Shown here piece by piece: positions 26,695-38,600 of a stretch of DNA of 64,000 nt; positions within the stretch are counted from its first letter, which is position 1, and each line of letters starts with the position of its first letter. Below the pieces are notes generated by a model. That model did not search any database. It was not told where the DNA came from and worked only from the letters and a program-made list of their open reading frames with translations. A program made the position numbers and the translations under genes. Source of the DNA: an uncultured Clostridia bacterium (GTDB lineage Bacteria; Bacillota; Clostridia; Christensenellales; UBA1242); assembly GCA_948434855.1 (NCBI GenBank), contig CAOJFR010000003.1:977-64976 (forward strand). The letters run 5' to 3'.

Positions 26695-29600
26695 ATGAAT
26701 CAGAGTATTCTAGATGAAATTAAGTCTTATTTAAATTCAGAAGTCAAAGATCCAAATATGGCTATTTCTCTCATGCAAAAAATTGAACAAGCTGGTGGAG
26801 AGATATATAAAATTGCTTCTGAATCATTTGCCGAACTTTTAACAGCAAAAGAATCAGAAAAAATCACAGAAGAAACTGCAAAATGTGGTTATCTTGCGTT
26901 GTCCCAAAAAGACCAACAAAAACTTGTTGGTCTTATGGGCAGCGAAGAAGCTGCAAAAGAGCTTTCATACTATGAAGTTATGGAAAGGCTAAATGGCAAA
27001 GACATTGTTGAAATTTCAGATTCACTTGAAAAGATGGCAGATGAAGAAGATGACATAAATTATGTTTATGCATTAGAAAAAGATTTAATAGAAATAGAAG
27101 ACTTAAAAAAGGCAATTTCAGCGGGCACAGATGAAGAGGTAAATGCGTTTTTAGCAAGATACTTTGATGGTGCCGGATATGAAGGAACAGAAAAACAAAA
27201 ACAGATGATAGTTATGGGGCTAGGAAATAGAGATATCATTGTTTCAAACCTAGTTAGGCTTAATGAAAAATCAGTTGAAAATGCGATAAAAAAGTTTGAA
27301 AGAACAACTCCAAACACAAAATTTGCAACGCTTGATCTTTCAGCACAAAACCGCATTTTGGCTGAATTTTATGATAATTCTTCAGAAGAAACGCATGAAA
27401 ATGCAGATTTCACTTACATAACCTCTCTCATAAAAGGCAAAACAAATGCAAAAGAAAAACAACAAATTGCAGAAAAAGTCATGGACTCTGCAAGTGTTCA
27501 TGGAGTCAGTGTAAATGAAGAAATATTCAATTCTTCGTCACTTAGGCAGCTTGTTGGAATTGAAAATATAGACTTTAAAAAAATAGACCTAAACAGAAAG
27601 GTAATAGAGTGCATCGACAACAAAGTTTTTGAAAATTTAATTTCAGCAATAATAAAGGATAGATTTGATGAAACAAAAGAGATTGTAGAGCAGGCAAAAA
27701 AACGAGTAATTGAAAAAAATATAGAAAAGCGAAAGACTAATGATTTTAGTTATCCAACTGATCTTCCAAATCCAATAAAGATGTCAATGGATAGAAAGAG
27801 AGATTTCAATTATAGGGTGTCGCTTTTAAATAGACATTTAAGAGAGAATCCAGATTCAGATATTTTAAAAAATATTTTTGTCAATGCAAACCTAGTCAAT
27901 GAGCAGTCAATGTTAAATGACATGGTAAGTAGGCAAGAAGAACTATTAAAAAAATCTAGCAAGCTTTTACCAGAAGAAGTTAAGCAATTTTTAACTACAA
28001 AAACAGTCAATGAATATTTCAGTGAAAACCAAGAATTAAAAACCTTAATGCTTCAAATTGGTGCAAACAATTTATTCTTAACCTTCACAGAAAATCAATT
28101 AAAGCCAAAAATTTTACGTGCAATAAGCAAGAATGGAAAATTAAAGTTTGCTGCAATTTCTCATGCATATGAAATGGGTAAATCAGAAGAAGCGTTAGAA
28201 AAATCCTTAAGGTCATTATTGTCATTAGATAAAGATTATTTAATTACATTTGGAAACAGAGCAAAACTTGTTACCAAAGCAGCAATTTTAACTTATCTAG
28301 ACAAAGGCAAAATCATAAAAGATAAAGAAAAAGAGGTTTATGAAGCTGCCAAGTCACTTCAGTCTAAAGACGATGATTTTGCCAGAGAGCTATATGATTA
28401 CATCACAGAGGTAGTAAGTTATTCAAGCACTGCTTCAGATGAAGAGCAATCAAGATTCTTTGGAGATGTAAAACCATTTGTTAGGGCAAAAAACATTTCT
28501 GAGGCACTAAACACAAAACAAAATGTGGTGTTAAATAAAGCCAAAAGATTTATTAGGACAATAGGAAATGTCTCACAAATAATTGGCAATCCAAAGGCAC
28601 AAATCAGCAGTCCTGCAAAAATTCGTGAAAATCAAGAATTTAAAAGAAATGTGATGATAATAACAGACAAAATCAACCATCTCAGCACAAAGCAGAGTGG
28701 GGCAAGTTATGCAGAGTCTGCAAAAGAAATTCTTGGTCAATATTATAATCGCATATATAATTCCAAAAACCTAATCACCAGACTCATTGGTGGAGAGGTC
28801 TCAAGTGAAAGTGCAGTAATTCAGCAGAGAGATATTTTCAGGGGCTTGCAAATTATGCAAACTCAGGCGATGAAAAAGAGTGAATCGTTATCACGTTATA
28901 TTTCAGCTCCTTATGATATCAGCAATGACCCACGTTTCATTGGAAAACTTACGCATAAAAGTGGCGGAAAGTTAACCTCAAAAGAATTTAACATAGCAAT
29001 GCTTTCAGAGCTCTCAACAACCAAAAAAGGAAAGCAAATTGTTGCCACAACAAAAATGCAACAAGATTTCATGAATAAGGATGAAAAATATAAGGCAATA
29101 GTTGAAGAGTTTAATGAAAGATACATGAGGTTCAAAGATGCCAGTGAAGAGCTTGAACAATTAAGAGAAAACTTAAGGGCATTAGACACTCAGGTTACCA
29201 AGTCAGCAGACTTAAGAAGAAAGGTTAAAGACTTAAAAACTCGCATATCAGATGCAGAAAAGAAGCTTGCAGTGCTTGAACCATATATGCAAGATGCAAA
29301 AGATACAAAAGAAAATTATGAAAAGAAGTTTGCAACAAAACTAGATAAAGAGGCAAAGAAACAAAAAGTTGAGCCAGACTTCAGCATTTCAGACATTTTC
29401 TCATATCAAAACATATTCCTTAAGGGAAGCACTGCTCCAGTAAATCCAGAAACAGATGCAAAACTTGCAATGCAAATCAGAAAGGTAACAAGCCAGTTCA
29501 TTTCAAACATGATTGGCAACATAGAAAAAGTAAATTCAACCCTTAAGTTAATTGATGCAAAGCCAGTTGTGCTCAAAAACACAAGGCTTGGCGGGGTAGT

Positions 29601-29814
29601 AAAGCAATCTGGCATAATCATTAAAACCTTAACTGACGAAATTAAAAAGCTTAGCACTGATTCAGAAAAACTAAACAAAACAAGCGAAGAATATAAGTCT
29701 AAAAAAGCTGTTTTGGATAGATTAAATAACGACCTTGCTAGAGTAAAAAATGATACAAAAATGCTTGAAGATGCCTTTAACAAGCTTGGCATTGGCGAGC
29801 TAAAAAATAAGTAA
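26695..29814 (+). CDS. 1039-aa K/E-rich coiled-coil protein, no TM helix or signal peptide
   Basis: The start is 3 nt after the P1 stop, with the RBS AAGGGGG inside the end of P1. Long heptad-like stretches, e.g. EELEQLRENLRALDTQVTKSADLRRKVKDLKTRISDAEKKLAVLE. No catalytic motif recognised. Confidence 0.75.
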   Translation: MNQSILDEIKSYLNSEVKDPNMAISLMQKIEQAGGEIYKIASESFAELLTAKESEKITEETAKCGYLALSQKDQQKLVGLMGSEEAAKELSYYEVMERLNGKDIVEISDSLEKMADEEDDINYVYALEKDLIEIEDLKKAISAGTDEEVNAFLARYFDGAGYEGTEKQKQMIVMGLGNRDIIVSNLVRLNEKSVENAIKKFERTTPNTKFATLDLSAQNRILAEFYDNSSEETHENADFTYITSLIKGKTNAKEKQQIAEKVMDSASVHGVSVNEEIFNSSSLRQLVGIENIDFKKIDLNRKVIECIDNKVFENLISAIIKDRFDETKEIVEQAKKRVIEKNIEKRKTNDFSYPTDLPNPIKMSMDRKRDFNYRVSLLNRHLRENPDSDILKNIFVNANLVNEQSMLNDMVSRQEELLKKSSKLLPEEVKQFLTTKTVNEYFSENQELKTLMLQIGANNLFLTFTENQLKPKILRAISKNGKLKFAAISHAYEMGKSEEALEKSLRSLLSLDKDYLITFGNRAKLVTKAAILTYLDKGKIIKDKEKEVYEAAKSLQSKDDDFARELYDYITEVVSYSSTASDEEQSRFFGDVKPFVRAKNISEALNTKQNVVLNKAKRFIRTIGNVSQIIGNPKAQISSPAKIRENQEFKRNVMIITDKINHLSTKQSGASYAESAKEILGQYYNRIYNSKNLITRLIGGEVSSESAVIQQRDIFRGLQIMQTQAMKKSESLSRYISAPYDISNDPRFIGKLTHKSGGKLTSKEFNIAMLSELSTTKKGKQIVATTKMQQDFMNKDEKYKAIVEEFNERYMRFKDASEELEQLRENLRALDTQVTKSADLRRKVKDLKTRISDAEKKLAVLEPYMQDAKDTKENYEKKFATKLDKEAKKQKVEPDFSISDIFSYQNIFLKGSTAPVNPETDAKLAMQIRKVTSQFISNMIGNIEKVNSTLKLIDAKPVVLKNTRLGGVVKQSGIIIKTLTDEIKKLSTDSEKLNKTSEEYKSKKAVLDRLNNDLARVKNDTKMLEDAFNKLGIGELKNK

Positions 29815-29863
29815 AATTTTTGCTAAAATTAATATAAAAAAGTGACAAAAAAAGACTAAATAT

Positions 29864-29892
29864 TTGCTTGAAATTCATAAAAGTTATATACT
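29864..29892 (+). promoter_or_regulatory. Candidate internal promoter upstream of the VirB4 gene
   Basis: TTGCTT (29864-29869), 17 nt, TATACT (29887-29892), in the only sizeable gap (97 nt) of the operon. Pattern match only. Confidence 0.25.
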
Positions 29893-29911
29893 TAAAATAA
29901 GGAGAAATCAT

Positions 29912-32599
29912 ATGGCTGCAAGAATGATTCCAAAGGCTACAAAGGTCAAAACCCAGTTTTTTAAGGGGCTAAATTTTTCTGACATATTTGTCATATTGTT
30001 TGCGTTAGTGCTTGTTGCACTTGCCATGACAAGTATGTTTAGTTTAACAGTCAGATTAATAATTTCAGCGGTGATCGTGTTTATAACGGTCATTATGTTC
30101 ATGAGTTTTGAGCCAGGCGTAAAACTATATAAACAAATAGGAGATTTGTTTAAACATATTTTTGGAATCAACACCTATAAAAAGATGAAAAAAACTTCCA
30201 GAAAAAATGTTATCAATCTTTTACCATATGCAGGAATATTAGAGCAAGATTATGATGAAAAAAGACAAATTGGTATAATTGATTATAAGGAATATTTTGG
30301 TGCAGCGATAGAAATTAATTGTATTCAGTTTTATATGCTTTCAGAGTCAAGACAAAACACATATATAGACACATTAGAGAGTGCTTTAAAAACCATTTCT
30401 CCAGACGACCTTGGTGCAATATACAAGTTTGCAAGACCAATGGTGTTTGATAACTATATTGATAATGAGTGCAAAAAAAGGGAAGAGATTTTAGAGTCCG
30501 TAAGAAATGGAACAACCAACATAAACGAGGCAAGACCAAGACTAGAGATTGCAGAATCAAGAATTGCAAACTTAGAGTCAATGAATGTAGATAGCGAGTT
30601 TCCAGTATATAAAGACCATATGTATCTTGCCTTCTATTGTTCAACAATCAAAAGTTTGCTTCAGGTAGTAAACTTTGTTTCAAGCACAATAGAAAGTGGT
30701 TCTGGCGGTGCAATGGAATGTAAAATTCTAGACCGCAAACAAACCGCAGTGTTTTTAAAGAGTTACTACACAACCAACTTTGATGAAAGAGAAGTAAAAA
30801 ATATTGATCCAAAAGAGCTCATGAACTGGATTTGTCCAGATAAAATTTCTTTTGGTTTAAACAAAGTTAATATTGATGGAAGAAATCTTTCATTCTTTGA
30901 ACTTTCAGAATATCCTCTCACCGTTCCAAACGCATGGGGAAGAACATTCTTTTCAGTGCCAGGAGCAAGAATTTGTGTCAAGTTCAAGCCAGTTGAACAA
31001 GCACAGTCTGAAAAAAGACTAGATAAAGCAATCATGGATGTCCGCATTCAGGCATCAGAGGGCAGTGGAAAGGCTTCATCACAGTTAGAGGTTCAAACCC
31101 ACCTTCAAACGCTCACAGAACTTATGCAATATATAAAGCAAGGTTCAGAAGTGCTTCTTGATACAAACATATACATGATGGTTGAGCAGGAGCAAAAGAA
31201 GGCGTTCAGAACACAGGTTATGAGGGCAGGCTTTAGAGCTTATGATCTTTTCGGAAAGCAAAAAGAAGCTTTCATTAACTGTAATGTTTCAAGAAGAATG
31301 ACTATAAAAAGATTTGAAAGAGGCATCAACTCATCATCACTTGCAGCAATTTTCCCATTCGTGTCTGATGCAATTCAAGACCCTAAAGGTTTCTATGTGG
31401 GCATGAACTCAGAGCCAGTGTTTGTAGACTTTTTCCAAAGAGATAAAGAGAGAATCAACTCAAACATGGTAATCATGGGAAAATCTGGTTGCGGAAAGTC
31501 ATTCTGCACCAAATCATTACTTGCAAACCTTGCTGCAGATAACAGCAAAATATTCATTCTAGACCCAGAAAAAGAGTATGACATTATTGCAAAAAATATG
31601 TATGGAAAGGTTATAGATGTAGGTTCTGCAAGAGAGGGAAGAATCAACCCGCTTCAAGTTAATGCTTCACAGGATGATGAAGAGAGTGCAAGTGGCAATG
31701 TTTCGCTTGCCATGCATATGCAGTTCCTTGAAACTTTCTTTGGAATGATTCTTGAAGGAATCACAATGGATGGTATGGAGCTTTTAACTCAAGCCTTAAA
31801 AGACCTATACACCAAGTTTGGAATTACAAATTCAACACAAATTGAAACAGTAAAGCCAGAGCAGTTCCCAATCATGCAAGACTTATATGATTATATTTGC
31901 GAGCTATATGAAACTGCTACTGATGAATATAACAGAAACAATTATAAGATATTAAAAATATATCTAAACAAATTTGCAGAGGGTGGAAGAAATGCCGTTC
32001 TATGGAATGGACCATCAACCATATCATCTGCTGAAAACTTTATTGTGTTCAACTTCCAGTCGCTTCTTGCAAACAACGCTGGTGCAGTTGCAAATGCGCA
32101 AATGCTACTCGTCATGAGATGGCTCAATAACGAAGTTATAAACAATAAAGACTATAACGCAAAATATCACACAAAGAGAAAAATTATTGTTGTTATTGAT
32201 GAGGCCCACGTATTCATAGACCCAAAACAAACAATAGCACTTGATTTCATGCAACAAATGGCAAAACGTATCAGAAAATACGAAGGATCACAAATAGTTA
32301 TCACCCAAAACATAAAAGACTTCACAGGATCTCCTGAAATTGCAAGAAAATCAACTGCAATTATAAATGCTTGTCAATATTCAATGATATTCTCACTTGC
32401 TCCACAAGACATATCAGACCTTGTTCTTCTATATGAAAAAGCAGGAAAGATTAATGAAAAAGAGCAAGATACAATCGTAACCAACCCAAGAGGAAGAGCA
32501 TTCTTTATGACAAGCCCATATTCAAGAACAAATATAGACGTGCTTGTTAATGATAGAGTTCGTAACTTGTTTGAAAAACTTCGTGAAGATGCCAAGTAA
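29912..32599 (+). CDS. virB4: VirB4-family T4SS ATPase with an N-terminal PrgI/VirB3-like membrane domain (fusion)
   Basis: Start at the ATG at 29912 after AAGGAG. N-terminus MAARMIPKATKVKTQFFKGLNFSDIFVILFAL plus 2 TM helices resembles PrgI-family proteins. Walker A MGKSGCGKSF, ILDPEKEY, Walker B IIVVIDEAHVF, and RKYEGSQIVITQN. Confidence 0.85.
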   Translation: MAARMIPKATKVKTQFFKGLNFSDIFVILFALVLVALAMTSMFSLTVRLIISAVIVFITVIMFMSFEPGVKLYKQIGDLFKHIFGINTYKKMKKTSRKNVINLLPYAGILEQDYDEKRQIGIIDYKEYFGAAIEINCIQFYMLSESRQNTYIDTLESALKTISPDDLGAIYKFARPMVFDNYIDNECKKREEILESVRNGTTNINEARPRLEIAESRIANLESMNVDSEFPVYKDHMYLAFYCSTIKSLLQVVNFVSSTIESGSGGAMECKILDRKQTAVFLKSYYTTNFDEREVKNIDPKELMNWICPDKISFGLNKVNIDGRNLSFFELSEYPLTVPNAWGRTFFSVPGARICVKFKPVEQAQSEKRLDKAIMDVRIQASEGSGKASSQLEVQTHLQTLTELMQYIKQGSEVLLDTNIYMMVEQEQKKAFRTQVMRAGFRAYDLFGKQKEAFINCNVSRRMTIKRFERGINSSSLAAIFPFVSDAIQDPKGFYVGMNSEPVFVDFFQRDKERINSNMVIMGKSGCGKSFCTKSLLANLAADNSKIFILDPEKEYDIIAKNMYGKVIDVGSAREGRINPLQVNASQDDEESASGNVSLAMHMQFLETFFGMILEGITMDGMELLTQALKDLYTKFGITNSTQIETVKPEQFPIMQDLYDYICELYETATDEYNRNNYKILKIYLNKFAEGGRNAVLWNGPSTISSAENFIVFNFQSLLANNAGAVANAQMLLVMRWLNNEVINNKDYNAKYHTKRKIIVVIDEAHVFIDPKQTIALDFMQQMAKRIRKYEGSQIVITQNIKDFTGSPEIARKSTAIINACQYSMIFSLAPQDISDLVLLYEKAGKINEKEQDTIVTNPRGRAFFMTSPYSRTNIDVLVNDRVRNLFEKLREDAK

Positions 32600-32619
32600 A
32601 ACTAATTAGGAGAAACCCC

Positions 32620-35600
32620 ATGTTAAATATGTTAAAAAGTTTAATATGTTTAATAGCGGCAGAACCATGTTCTGTCGTTTCTCATGGGCAAACTCTGTCA
32701 GCGCTCACAACATCCTTTGCCTTTATTTTCCTAAAAAACATTTTCATGGCAGTTTGGAACTTTATTTTATCCATGATTTGGGCAATAGAGAAATTTGTGC
32801 TAGGAATAATGGATGCCTTGCAAACAATTGTTTATCAGTTTTTAGGCATAGGAACCACAGTAGATGACTACTTAAATTTTGCTAATAATAATGAAATGAC
32901 CAAAACCTTGGTAACAACATTTAGGGCAATCCTTGTTGTTTCAATAGTTTTAATGATAATATTCACAATAATTGCAATCATAAGACAAGAGGTAGAGGTT
33001 GCAACAAATGCAAAAAACAAAAGCAGTGAAGAGAGCAACAAAAAAGGCCCAATAGTAATGAAGCTGTTTAAGGGCATAATGTCAGCAATTTTGCTTCCAT
33101 TTGCAATGATAGCCATAATTGGGGCAGTCAACTCAGTTCTCACAGCATTCAATAATGCGCTTCAAGGCGAAAATCAAACCACAATAGCAGGTCAGGTTCT
33201 AGCCACATCAACTTATGACACAAACAAATATAGGCAATATGCAAACAACAATAAGCGTGTTCCAATAATCATCAATGCATATAATGTTGATGACTATGGT
33301 GCAGATGAAAAAGAAAAATTATTCTATAAAATAAAGTCATTGTCAGTTCAAAAGAAGTTAATAAACACAGCAACAGACATAGACAAAAACTTGCTTTTGG
33401 CGTTCAATGATTCATTAATTTACGAAAACAACAAACTTTCAAACAGTTCAGCTTATGCTGACTATTATGAAAATTTTGTGTGCACAGCAGAGCAATATCA
33501 AGTCATGGCAGACTTCATTGATTATTGTGAGCTTACAAACACAAACTTTTATATCAAGGCAATAGATGATAACGATATTGAGTGGAAATATGTAGACTCA
33601 ACCATTTTTGATGCAAAAAACATGGCGCTTAATATAACCTATAGAGATGCCAATGACCTAGATGGTGACGGAAAAACAAATGACACATACACAGTTTCAT
33701 TCTCAATGGGCTTTGATGTTACATCACCAATATCAAATGCACTCAAGTCAATCAGTGCGCTACTTGGCTTAAATGAGTTTGGCGATATGACATTTAACGA
33801 GATGGATAGAGATAAAAATTCTATCAATCTTGTTCAATGGGCAAACGAAAAAGTATCACTTCATTTCTCATATGGTTTTAACATAAATGATATGAAAACT
33901 TGGACACCTGCCGATGAAATTTTGATGTATGAATATTATCATTATGCTTCAAACAACACTCTAGCAGAGTTTGACTTTTCAGATTTAAGTTATGAAAATC
34001 GTGGAAATGCAACTCTAGATGCCTACAAAATTGTTTATAGAGATTATTATCCAGAAGCCGGAGCTTTTTCAAAAGAAAAGGTAATATATTGCGTATATAT
34101 CAATGGCTCATACTACAAAATTAAAAAGTCAGAAAAAGAGACCGATAGCTATGGCAACAAATATTATGTTTTAGATGAAAATGATGATGTAAGATTTTTA
34201 GAAAAAGGCTACACAATTTTGTCTGAAGAAACAGAAAAAGCCATGCTTAAATTTGTAGGAAAAAACAATAACTTTAGTTTAAACAATCCTTCATCTTGGA
34301 GTTACACAGACCAAATTTTAATTTATGAATTTTATAAAGATTTGTCATACAACAACACACTTTCAGAATATAACATTTCAGATCTTGGCAAGGGAATAGA
34401 AGTTCCAACTTATTTAATCAGAGATTACGATGCAGATGGCAACGAAACTTCAAAAAGGTTTGTATATTTAAATGGAACATATTATGCGGTTTCATCACCT
34501 TCAAGCGGAAGTCATTATGTGCTCACAGGTTCAACTAGTGGAACAAACTTTTTAGAGAGCATAGATGATAAATATCTCACAACCTACTATAATTTTTCTG
34601 GTGCAAACGGAGCCATAAAGTTAGAAGACCCAAAAAATGAATTTGGAATTTCAACCAACTCAACCACAAATAAAACACCAAACGACTTTATTATAGATTC
34701 AGATGATGGCTTAATTTTCACAAATCTTGAAAATGGCATAAATTATGTTTTTGATAAAGATGTAGATTTTAAGCTTAGTTTCTCTGCGGGCTTTGACTTT
34801 AGAGATGTAGACACTTGGAGCTATAAAGATTATTTCTTGTTCTATTTATATGCAAAATATTTAAACAACTCAAGTGCAACAATAGACTCATTAAAATACA
34901 CTCCGCTTCCAGGTTTAATAGGTGAATATAACGGAAAGTATTATTATAAAATTCAAAGCACTTTAACAGAAAACAACACAAAATTTAAAACAGTATATTT
35001 AAGCATAGATGACATAGACAACATTTCTTTGCAAAACATTAAAAATGTAATAAATGTAGAAATAACGTTAGAAAACAACAGATTTAGCACAAATGATGAG
35101 CTTGCATTCACTCAAGTTTCAAATCCATCAACAATTTTCTCAAAAACAGAAACAGAAACAAAAGTGTTCACATTCTCATCAGATGTCAGCTTTGAAAATG
35201 TAAACTTATGGAAAATGAGAGATTATATTCTCTTCCTTTTAGAGAGCAGAGGAATCATCAGCATCACATCAAATTTTGAAGATTTTTCATATAATTCAGT
35301 TTGCTACAAAGGCGTAAATATTGGAACAAATTTAACAACAAATCTATATAGTTTTGGAAGTGAAAATAATAGAATTTATTTAAATGAAAAATATTTACTT
35401 GGTCTTGGCTATAATTCACTTGATGAATTTTTAGACACAAACCTAATAACTTTCATTGCAAAAAAATTAAGCACTTCTTCAAATGGAGAAATCAAAAAAC
35501 TATTGCTTGAAAAAGATGAAGTCATTTCAAGCATTGCAAATAGTGATGCATATAGTGGAAACACACATATGCTTTCAAGCTTAGCAGCCATGCTAGTAAA

Positions 35601-38600
35601 CTTATATGGCTTAAAAATTAATAGTGCTGAAAACATATTTGAAATCTATAGCGATATAACCAAATATTCATATTCAAACCCAAGCTTTGTTGCAGACAAT
35701 CTTTCAACCTACACAGTTTTAGACCTTGCAATATATTTCTTAACTGGTTCAGCAGTAGGCAGTTATGAAGGCTATGTTGCAAATGTAAATGGTGATTTAA
35801 AATATATAATTGGCGACTATGCAATCAGCATAACAAGTGGAAGCCTGTTTGAATCAACCATAGTTCAAAGAGGAAGTCTCACATCAGGCTTAATAAATCT
35901 TGGCTCAATGTCACTTAGCGAATATTACACCAGCATGGGACTAGATTCTAAAGTCACAACAATTTCAGATTCAGAGATAAGCTTTAGGCGTGCAGATAAT
36001 ATAAATTATATTTATGTTAACGATATCACAAATGGAAATTATTCAGCTCTAGACTCTATCCTTGCAGGGCTTGGATTAGCACAGCAAACAGCCTATAATA
36101 TTTATACTAACGGAACATCAAATTTTGTTTTCCTTGGCAGCAAAAATGGCAAGTCATATTTTATTGAAACAAATAGTTTCAATTTAGTTAACACTGCAAT
36201 GCTCACAAAAGAGACAACAATAACATTAAATTCAACAACAAAACCATTCACACAAAACGGCACATACACAGCAAACTTCAATGGAACAACCACATCTGGC
36301 TTCTCGTTTATGGATGCGGCAATTTATGAGCTCACAAACGACACAAGCATAAAGTCATTTAATGTATATACTTCAGCGCTTCTTGGTGGAAAAAGCTACA
36401 TTTTTGTTAATGGCAATTTCATAGAATATAACAATGTGGCCATAAACTTCGGTTCACTTGCAGCAGGCTATGATGATTATACAAATTTAATAGATATTTT
36501 GGTTAACAATTATTATGGCTCATATGTTGTTGGAAACATAGGCACAACCACAAACAGCAAAGAATTTAGCTATTCTTTTGCAGATTTTGATGTAGAAGAT
36601 ATCAGTTCATACACACCAATTAGGTTAATTCTTCATAGGCTTGGCTTAACGGAAGGGGCAGAAAAACAAGTTTCAGGAACGCTCACCAAATCAGCTGATG
36701 GATCTAGAACATATTTTGTCATAAAAATCACTGACGAAAATGGAAAAGAGCAAACCTATAATATTAATGTAACAGAACTTTTAACAGAAGCTGGTCAAGA
36801 AAAAACTGATAAAATTAACGAGCTTTACTATAGAGCGGCACTATGCTATGGCCAAACAACTGGTGGCTTCATCGCTCCAAGTGAAGCGATTGAAAATTTA
36901 ACAAACTTAAACACAAGCATAGAAAATGCAATAAGCAGCTATGTTGTTTCATCATACACAACAAACATATTAAATTTCACAGACACAATGTCAGAAGAGG
37001 ACATTTCAACATGGAACTGGCTAGACATAATTCATTACAGCATCTATGCGTCATACAGAAATACCGATAGCTTTGTGTTATATTCAGGCGTAAACTATAG
37101 CGGAGACAAAGAAGGCTTATATGTTGGCTTAAGCTTTGGCGGAACAACAAGGTTTGTTAAGTTTTCAGAAAGTCTGCTTTCAGAAAACGGCACAATCAAG
37201 TTACAAAAATTTAGTGCAGGCGTTGAGTCTGTAGAGTTTTCGCTAGACACAAACTCTTCACTCATTGATTTGTTATATTATAAATATACAGGTCTTCAAA
37301 GAGGCAATGTAAATTATGTAACAATAGGCAGTGGAGAAGATGCAAGAAAAATATATTCAATTCAAGACCAAACAACTGGAGAATATATTTATTACGCAGG
37401 CTATGCTGATCTAGATAAAGAATCAAGCATAAATTCAGTGGTTTCAGAACATGAATATTCATATTTAGTAAAAGCCACAACACAAAATCTTCAAACTTGG
37501 AATCTTCTAGACTTGCTAATTAAAGCAGCAGAAGGAAACACATCAGACAGACAATATCAGTTCAGCAGTCGCATATACACAATAGATAGCAAAAAATACA
37601 TTTTGGTTAATGGCTATTATATAAATTTAGATTTAGTTGGTGCAAGACTTTCAGAAAAACTTGCGGATGGTTCCACCACAGAATATGTTAGAACAATAGA
37701 AACAACACTTGTTCCAACAGCAGAAAGTTTTGTTGGCTATTCAGCTCGCTTAATCAGCAATGTAAATATAAGTTCAGCGTTTAACTATGGCTTCATAAAA
37801 CTTAGTGCAAATAATGTCTCAAAGGAAAATAAGCCATTAGTAACAGACCCAGAAACAGGAAATGTAATTTCTTCAAATGAAGTAAAATTATATTTTTCAG
37901 AGGGCTTTAGTTTCAGTGATTATTCAACTTGGAAAAATTCAGACTTCATGCTATATTATTTGTTTAAAACAAATCATATGGATGCAAATATTAAGTCTTT
38001 CCAACATTACGTAAACTTAGGCTATGTTCCTGCAACTCTATATAACTTAGAAACCTATGACGAGTTTGGAAATTTAACAGTAAATAAGGTATATAAGGTT
38101 GGAGAGGGTGAGTGCAATTTTGGAAGCTTTGCAAACTTAAATTCTTCTACGGTTGAGGCATATAAAGCCACAGGAAAATTCTCTGAATTTATAAGAGCAA
38201 TTTCAGAATATAAGTTCATAAATGCAAATATCTGGCAAATCCAATATCAAAGAGAACTAAACAACATTTCAGTTTCAGCAAACACAAATGCAGATTTAAT
38301 AGTTTCAATCACAGACAAGCCAATCACAGACCCAGGCATTGGTTCATTTGGATACTCAGTTACAAATGAAATAAATGCAAAAGATTTCCTGTTTGAAAAC
38401 TATTATTATTTCAATTTAAATAGCGATAATGAAGAAATCAAAAACCTGTTTGTAGACACATCAATCACAGACAAGTTTGATGAAAACACAGACACAGAAA
38501 TTATCAATTTCAAGCTTTCATCAGGCTTTAATATTGAAGATGTTTCAACTTGGACAATTTTAGACTATATTATTGTTCGTGAATATGCAAGAGACCACTC

